Source: Thermoanaerobaculia bacterium (GTDB taxonomy: Bacteria; Acidobacteriota; Thermoanaerobaculia; UBA5066; Gp7-AA6). From it: a stretch of DNA of 64,000 nucleotides. Location of the stretch: positions 156-64,155 of the forward strand of contig DASXAG010000110.1 of the NCBI GenBank assembly GCA_036406835.1. Reading direction: 5' to 3'. The position numbers and the translations under genes are program-made. Below the pieces are notes generated by a model that ran no database searches, was not told the DNA's origin, and saw only the letters and a list, made by a program, of their open reading frames with translations. Shown in pieces: positions 58,985 to 64,000 of this stretch (positions within the stretch are counted from its first letter, which is position 1; every line of letters starts with the position of its first letter).

Positions 58985-61183
58985 TTATCGCGGACGCGGC
59001 TCGAACGGCCGGACGCCGCTCGTCTCGTCGACGACGATCGCCGTGTCGATCGCGTCGAGGCGTCCCAGTTTCTGGACGGCGCCCGACGGCCACGTCACGA
59101 CCAGGTTCTCGAGGCGAGTGTCCTTCCCGAGGCCCAGGTGGACGATCGGGCTGCCGGTCGAGAGGTAGCCGCTCGCGTTGGCGTTCTCGGTCACGATCCG
59201 CCGGCCCGACGGGAGAGTCGCTTCGATCCGGGCACCGATGCCGTCGCGATTGTCTTGTCCCGCGGCTCCGACGAGACGGATGCGCAGAAAGTGGTTGCCC
59301 TCCGGACGCGATCCGAGGAACAGGGCCTCCGGAGCCTGTACCGAGCGGACGAAGACGTCGAGCGCGCCGTCGCCGTCGGCGTCGAACGCGACCGCGGCGC
59401 GGCCGTTGGTCTCGAGGTCGAGGCCGTCGAGGAACGCGCGGTCCTCGAAGAGGGTCGTGCCGTCCTTCATCGCCGCGGCGCCGCCGCGGTTGTGGAAGTA
59501 GCGGTCGCGCTCGATCCCGGCGATGCCCGCGCCCTTGCGGTCGAACGTCTTCGTGCCGGCCACGTAGTCGTCCCAGTACGCGAGCGTCTGCCACCAGAAC
59601 TCGAGCTCGACGTCGTGATCGCGGCCGTCGCCCCACATCCCGTTGGTCGAAAAGACGTCGGGCCAGCCGTCGTCGTCGAGATCGGCCGCGATCGCGCTCC
59701 AGTTCCAGCCGGCGTGCTGCGCGCCGGAGCGGTCCGTCGTGTTCGCGAACGTGTGGTTCGGACGCTGAAGGAGAAGCGCGTTGCCGGAGGCCATCTCCTC
59801 GCACCAGCGGATCGCCGTGGAGAGGAAGAGCCGTCCCCAGATGCTGACCGGGATCGCCGGGTACTCGTGGAGGAAGTACCACTGCGTGTCCGTGCCGGTC
59901 GTGTACACGTCCGGGAGGCCGTCGCCGTCGAAGTCCGCCCACGCTCCCGACATGCCGTAGGCGCGAGCCAGCGTTTCGGTCTTCTTCGCGACGTCCGCGA
60001 AGCGCCGGCCGCCCACGTTCCGGTACAGGTTCTTCAGGCCGAAGTCGTTGGTCGCGAGGAGGTCCTCGTGGCCGTCCTGGTCGTAGTCCTGGAAGAGCGC
60101 GGAGAGCGTCCAGCGCCGCATGCCCGCGAGGCCCCATTCCTTCGTGACGTCGGTGAAGTGGCCCTTGCCGTCGTTCAGGAAGAGGAAATTCTCGGAGCCG
60201 TCATTCGCGTCGAACGGCGGGTCCGGCATGCGGTGGTAGTAGTCGCCGGTGACGGCGACGAAGAGGTCGAGGTCGCCGTCGCCGTCCACGTCGGCGAAGG
60301 CGGCCGAGCGTGCGTTCGCGCCGACCGCGATCCCGGAGGAGGCCGTCGTTTCCTCGAAGGTGCCGTCTCCCTTGTTGTGGAAGAGCCGCGCGGGGCCGAA
60401 CGCGTTCGTGACGAAGAGATCCGGGTAACCGTCGCCGTCGACGTCGCCGGCGGCGACTCCGGTCGCGGCGATCCCTTCCGTGGCCGACTTCGCGAGCCCC
60501 GCCTTCTCGGTGACGTCGGTGAATCGCCCGTGGCCGTCGTTCCGGTACAGGATCGACCGCTCTCCGTCGGCGACGAACAAATCCTCGGCGCCGTCCTGGT
60601 CGAAGTCGAGCACCGCGACGCCGGACCCGGGCCAGATGTCGGCGATCAGGTGGTTCGTCAGCGCTTCGGGGAGACGGGGATCGTGGCGCGGCGCCCCGAG
60701 GCCCGCCTCGGCGGTCGCGTCGCGAAAGCGGGGCGCGCTCTCGACGCGGTCGGACGCGATCGCGATGAAGCGGACGGACGGCTTTCCGTCGAGCTCGGTC
60801 ACGTACGTGCGCGCGCTGCGTTCGACGCGCGCGCCGTCGCTTCGGAAGCCGCCGACCCAGAACGTCGCGAGACCCGACGTCGACTCCGCGCCGCCCGGGC
60901 TCTCGTGCCGCGGCCTCTCGACGCGGTAGTCGACGTAAGCGACGCGGTCGAGCCCCTTCCACGCCCACGACCGCAGCGTCGCGACTCCCTCGGGATCCTG
61001 CGGCGTCGCGGCCGGGCTTCGCAGCGCGCGGCGCACGGCCTCGTTCGCGTCGCGCCAGCGCTCGAGCCGGTGCATCCACGGCTCGAACCGCGCGCGCAGG
61101 CGGGTCAGCGAGGAGTTCCGGTACGCCCACCACGCCGCGGCCGCGAGCAGGAGCGCGACGAGGAGGACGGCGATCTTCCGCAC
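58985..61183 (-). CDS. CRTAC1-family protein (FG-GAP repeats plus ASPIC/UnbV domain)
   Basis: Repeated D.DGDG..D motifs and C-terminal NRDGIGAR...GYLS...VHLGLG...VTWPSG. Confidence 0.88.
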   Translation of the reverse strand: MRKIAVLLVALLLAAAAWWAYRNSSLTRLRARFEPWMHRLERWRDANEAVRRALRSPAATPQDPEGVATLRSWAWKGLDRVAYVDYRVERPRHESPGGAESTSGLATFWVGGFRSDGARVERSARTYVTELDGKPSVRFIAIASDRVESAPRFRDATAEAGLGAPRHDPRLPEALTNHLIADIWPGSGVAVLDFDQDGAEDLFVADGERSILYRNDGHGRFTDVTEKAGLAKSATEGIAATGVAAGDVDGDGYPDLFVTNAFGPARLFHNKGDGTFEETTASSGIAVGANARSAAFADVDGDGDLDLFVAVTGDYYHRMPDPPFDANDGSENFLFLNDGKGHFTDVTKEWGLAGMRRWTLSALFQDYDQDGHEDLLATNDFGLKNLYRNVGGRRFADVAKKTETLARAYGMSGAWADFDGDGLPDVYTTGTDTQWYFLHEYPAIPVSIWGRLFLSTAIRWCEEMASGNALLLQRPNHTFANTTDRSGAQHAGWNWSAIAADLDDDGWPDVFSTNGMWGDGRDHDVELEFWWQTLAYWDDYVAGTKTFDRKGAGIAGIERDRYFHNRGGAAAMKDGTTLFEDRAFLDGLDLETNGRAAVAFDADGDGALDVFVRSVQAPEALFLGSRPEGNHFLRIRLVGAAGQDNRDGIGARIEATLPSGRRIVTENANASGYLSTGSPIVHLGLGKDTRLENLVVTWPSGAVQKLGRLDAIDTAIVVDETSGVRPFEPRPR

Positions 61184-61214
61184 GGTTCGGGGAGCCGGAT
61201 CTCCGCGCGCGGCG

Positions 61215-61718
61215 CTACTCGCCGCCCTTTTCTCCGCCCTTGAGGTTGAACGTCAGCGAGCAGGAGGGATCGACCTTGTACTCCGCTTCGTCTCCGGAGA
61301 CCAGGCGGACCTGGTACTTGCCGGAATCCTCCAGGCTCTTCGTGCCGAGGTCGAACTTCCAGTGCGCCTCGTCGTCCCACACGAAGTGGTTGCCCTTGCC
61401 GTAGTCGCGGACCTCGACGGTCGAGGTCTTGTCGACCTCGGCGCCGGACTCGGGTTGGAACTTGAAGGAGATCGCGGGCGGCGTCTTGATCGTCTTCTGG
61501 TCGCCGAAGCTCCCGTCGGCGGCGACGAGCTTCCCGCGCAGCGGGAGCACGCGGCCCCGCGGAATGTTCATGCCGTCGTGGAGCGGCTCGTCGAAGCCCT
61601 GGCAGCGATACGTCGGTGTCGGCGGAGCCGGTGCGGGAGACTCGGCGGCGACGGCGAGGGGCCAGGCGAGAGCGAGGACGGCGCCGGTCAGCGCGAGGCG
61701 CGACGAACAACGGGACAT
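61215..61718 (-). CDS. Small secreted protein, PxKF-like Ig domain
   Basis: GAGG Shine-Dalgarno, signal peptide and GFDEPL...GRVLPLRGKL...HWKFDL. Confidence 0.6.
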   Translation of the reverse strand: MSRCSSRLALTGAVLALAWPLAVAAESPAPAPPTPTYRCQGFDEPLHDGMNIPRGRVLPLRGKLVAADGSFGDQKTIKTPPAISFKFQPESGAEVDKTSTVEVRDYGKGNHFVWDDEAHWKFDLGTKSLEDSGKYQVRLVSGDEAEYKVDPSCSLTFNLKGGEKGGE

Positions 61719-61813
61719 TCGAGTTTCCTCCGTCGGCGTAGCGTATCCCGGGTTCGGGTTCGGGTTCGGGTGCGGTGTGTCCCGCGTGGTAGGATCCCGC
61801 GCCAATCGCGCAA

Positions 61814-63346
61814 ATGCCGGTGAATCCTGTCTGGCTGGGAGCGGTCCTCGCCCTGACCCCGGGAGTGGTGAGGGCCGATCCGGCGCCGACACCGATCCCG
61901 ACTCCCGTCATTCCGTTCCGCGTGCCCGAGTTCCCGCAGGCCCTGCTCCTGAGCGGCAGACCGTTTCCTCAGGTCACGCCGGTCAAGGCGGTCCTCGCGA
62001 AGCCCGACCGGACTCTCTTCGTCGCGGCGAAGAAGGGCGACGGCGGCGCCAGCGGCAGTGGCGACGGATCGGAGGGGAGTCCCTTCCACGATCTCCAGGC
62101 CGCGCTCCGCGCGCTCGAACCGGGAGACCGGCTCCGGGTGGGCCCCGGCGATTACGCGGGCCCGATCCGGATCGACGAGACCTGCAAGGAGGGAACGCGT
62201 CGGCGGACGATCCAGGTGGTCTTCGACTCCAGGGCGAAGCTCGCGCCGGGCGGCGGCGTCGGGGCGGCGGCGCTGACGGTCCGCCGGGCGTTCTGGCACC
62301 TCTCCGGGACGTACGTCTCGCTCGACCAGTCGGCGAGCCCCGGCATCGCGATCGAGGGCGACGCGCACGACGTCCTCCTCGACGGCGCGCGGGTCTCGGG
62401 CGGCGCCGGTCCGAGCGTCTCGGTCGGAGGGGGCACCGTCGCGGTCCGCGTCGCGAACGCCCGCATCTCGAAGTCTCGCCTCGAGCGATCGAACCCGGAC
62501 GCCGTCGGGATCGCGGTCCTGGCCGGGGCGCGCGACACGCTCATCGCGAACAACCAGCTGAGCGAGAACCCCGGCGGGTCGGTCCGCGTGCAGGCGCCGT
62601 CGGACGGGGGTAAACCGGCGAGCGCCGTGCAGGTCGTCGGCAACTCGATCCGCGACGACGCCGCGACCGCGATCGACGTGGAGGCGGCGGACGGCGTTCG
62701 GATCGCCGGCAACACGATCACCGACTCTCCCACGTGGTCCGGGACCCGCGGCATCGCGCTCGGGAGCGTGCGGCGCGCGATCGTGCGGGAGAACGCCGTC
62801 ACCGACGTCGCGATCGGCATCCAGGTCGGCGAGGCGGGAGAGGGCGGCGAGTCGCGCGAGGCGTCGGGAGTCACCGTCGACCACAACTACGTCGTGGAGA
62901 CGGTCTCGGTCGGCACCGGCGTGCGCCTCGAGGCCGCGCGGGACACCCGCGTCGTCCACAACGTGCTCGAGCGGGTCGGGGAGGCGTTCGCGATCGCCGG
63001 CCGCCCGCCGCGGACGCAGGGCGTGACGGTGGTCAACAACCTGGCCGTCGGCGTCGCGAAGGTCGGCTTCGCCATCGACGACCCGAAGAGCGTGCTCGCG
63101 TTCGATTACAACCTGTTCTCGCCGGCGTCGGAGGGAGTGACGGCGCGTCTCGCCGGACGCGAGATGCCGCTGGCGAAGGCGCTGGAGGAGGGAAAGATGT
63201 CTCATTCGAAGGTGGCTCGCGGCGTCCGGATCCAGAATCACGACCTCGCGCGCATCGAGGGCGCCGAGGTCCGCGATCAGGGTTCGACGCTCGGCGGGTT
63301 CCCGCACCGGGGATCCGCGCCCGATCTCGGCATCGAGGAGAGATGA
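61814..63346 (+). CDS. Secreted right-handed parallel beta-helix protein
   Basis: Signal peptide, GDGSEGSPF...LEPGDRL...GDYAG, followed by beta-helix repeats. Confidence 0.8.
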   Translation: MPVNPVWLGAVLALTPGVVRADPAPTPIPTPVIPFRVPEFPQALLLSGRPFPQVTPVKAVLAKPDRTLFVAAKKGDGGASGSGDGSEGSPFHDLQAALRALEPGDRLRVGPGDYAGPIRIDETCKEGTRRRTIQVVFDSRAKLAPGGGVGAAALTVRRAFWHLSGTYVSLDQSASPGIAIEGDAHDVLLDGARVSGGAGPSVSVGGGTVAVRVANARISKSRLERSNPDAVGIAVLAGARDTLIANNQLSENPGGSVRVQAPSDGGKPASAVQVVGNSIRDDAATAIDVEAADGVRIAGNTITDSPTWSGTRGIALGSVRRAIVRENAVTDVAIGIQVGEAGEGGESREASGVTVDHNYVVETVSVGTGVRLEAARDTRVVHNVLERVGEAFAIAGRPPRTQGVTVVNNLAVGVAKVGFAIDDPKSVLAFDYNLFSPASEGVTARLAGREMPLAKALEEGKMSHSKVARGVRIQNHDLARIEGAEVRDQGSTLGGFPHRGSAPDLGIEER

Positions 63347-64000
63347 CCATGCGTGTCCACCGAACCGGGCTCGCCACAGCCCTCGCCTCTCTCACCGCCG
63401 CGCTGGTCGCGGCCCAGCCCGCTCCCTCGCCGACGCCCACGCCGGGCCGCGCCTCCGACAATCCCGAGGACGTGCGCGCGCGCATGCCGGCGCGCCCGAC
63501 GCCCTACCAGCACGAGACCAAGTTCCCTCCGCCGCAGCAGTCGCCCGAGGAGGAGGAGAAGAAGTCCAACTCGCCGATCGAGCCGGACCTCCTCCACGGG
63601 GAGCCGGCGGTTCTCCTGAACGGCGACCCGTTCCCGGCGCGCCTGCCCTACGACCCGAAGTTTCCGGAGGCGAAGCGGATGCGCTACGTCTCGGCGGACG
63701 CGAAGGACCCGGGGGACGGCAGCGCCGAGCACCCGTGGGCCAGCCTGCAGGACGCGTTCTGCCGTCTCGAGCCGGGCGACCGGCTCCTCATCGCCTCGGG
63801 CATCTACGCGGGCTCCTTCCGCATCGGCGGCGGCTGCAAGAGCGGCACGGCGGAGGCCCCGATCCAGGTCTTCGCGAGGCACGCGTTCCTGAAGGCGGCG
63901 CCCGGCGGCGGCGACGTGCTCACGATCGAGCGCGCCCACTGGCAGCTCTGGGAGGTCCAGCTCGCGCTCCTCGACGACGACGTCGCGGGACTCGTGATCT
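63343..64000 (+). CDS. Second beta-helix paralog, partial (runs off window)
   Basis: Manual translation gives MTMRVHRTGLATALASL...GDGSAEHPWASLQDAFCRLEPGDRLLIASGIYAG...; ATGA overlap with the previous gene. Confidence 0.75.
   Translation, partial: MTMRVHRTGLATALASLTAALVAAQPAPSPTPTPGRASDNPEDVRARMPARPTPYQHETKFPPPQQSPEEEEKKSNSPIEPDLLHGEPAVLLNGDPFPARLPYDPKFPEAKRMRYVSADAKDPGDGSAEHPWASLQDAFCRLEPGDRLLIASGIYAGSFRIGGGCKSGTAEAPIQVFARHAFLKAAPGGGDVLTIERAHWQLWEVQLALLDDDVAGLVI

Noticed and set aside
61750-61771. GGGTTC x3 tandem repeat
   Set aside because: A short intergenic microsatellite with no spacers; not CRISPR and too short to infer phase variation.

Overview
This is a GC-rich bacterial chromosomal segment; the gene content (kinase-TolB fusion, sulfatase-TPR, CRTAC1, wHTH-FHA) suggests Acidobacteriota, which is an inference. 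It carries housekeeping genes (nadA, a fused E1 alpha/beta dehydrogenase, pyrK-pyrD-pyrF, tRNA-Ser, ogt) interleaved with accessory blocks. (1) A kinase / outer-membrane barrel / wHTH-FHA module whose barrel gene has an in-frame TGA just after the signal peptide plus a SECIS-like hairpin, making it a candidate new selenoprotein. (2) A complete MtrCAB-like porin-multiheme conduit with a NapC/NirT-type quinol dehydrogenase. (3) A stress island (BldC-like HTH, DUF5335-like, two USPs, PAS-LuxR, radical SAM plus PGM1-like ATP-grasp, PfkB, GGDEF) marked by four copies of the palindrome TGATGC-N4-GCATCA. (4) A selenocysteine formate dehydrogenase with a fused Fe-S/NrfD subunit and fdhE. (5) A lipid-modification-like operon, a flavin halogenase-like/CRTAC1 pair and tandem beta-helix genes. 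Two short palindromic repeat families and a truncated PIN toxin remnant are also present. No CRISPR array, rRNA, integrase or transposase was seen. Family calls come from motif recognition, not database searches.
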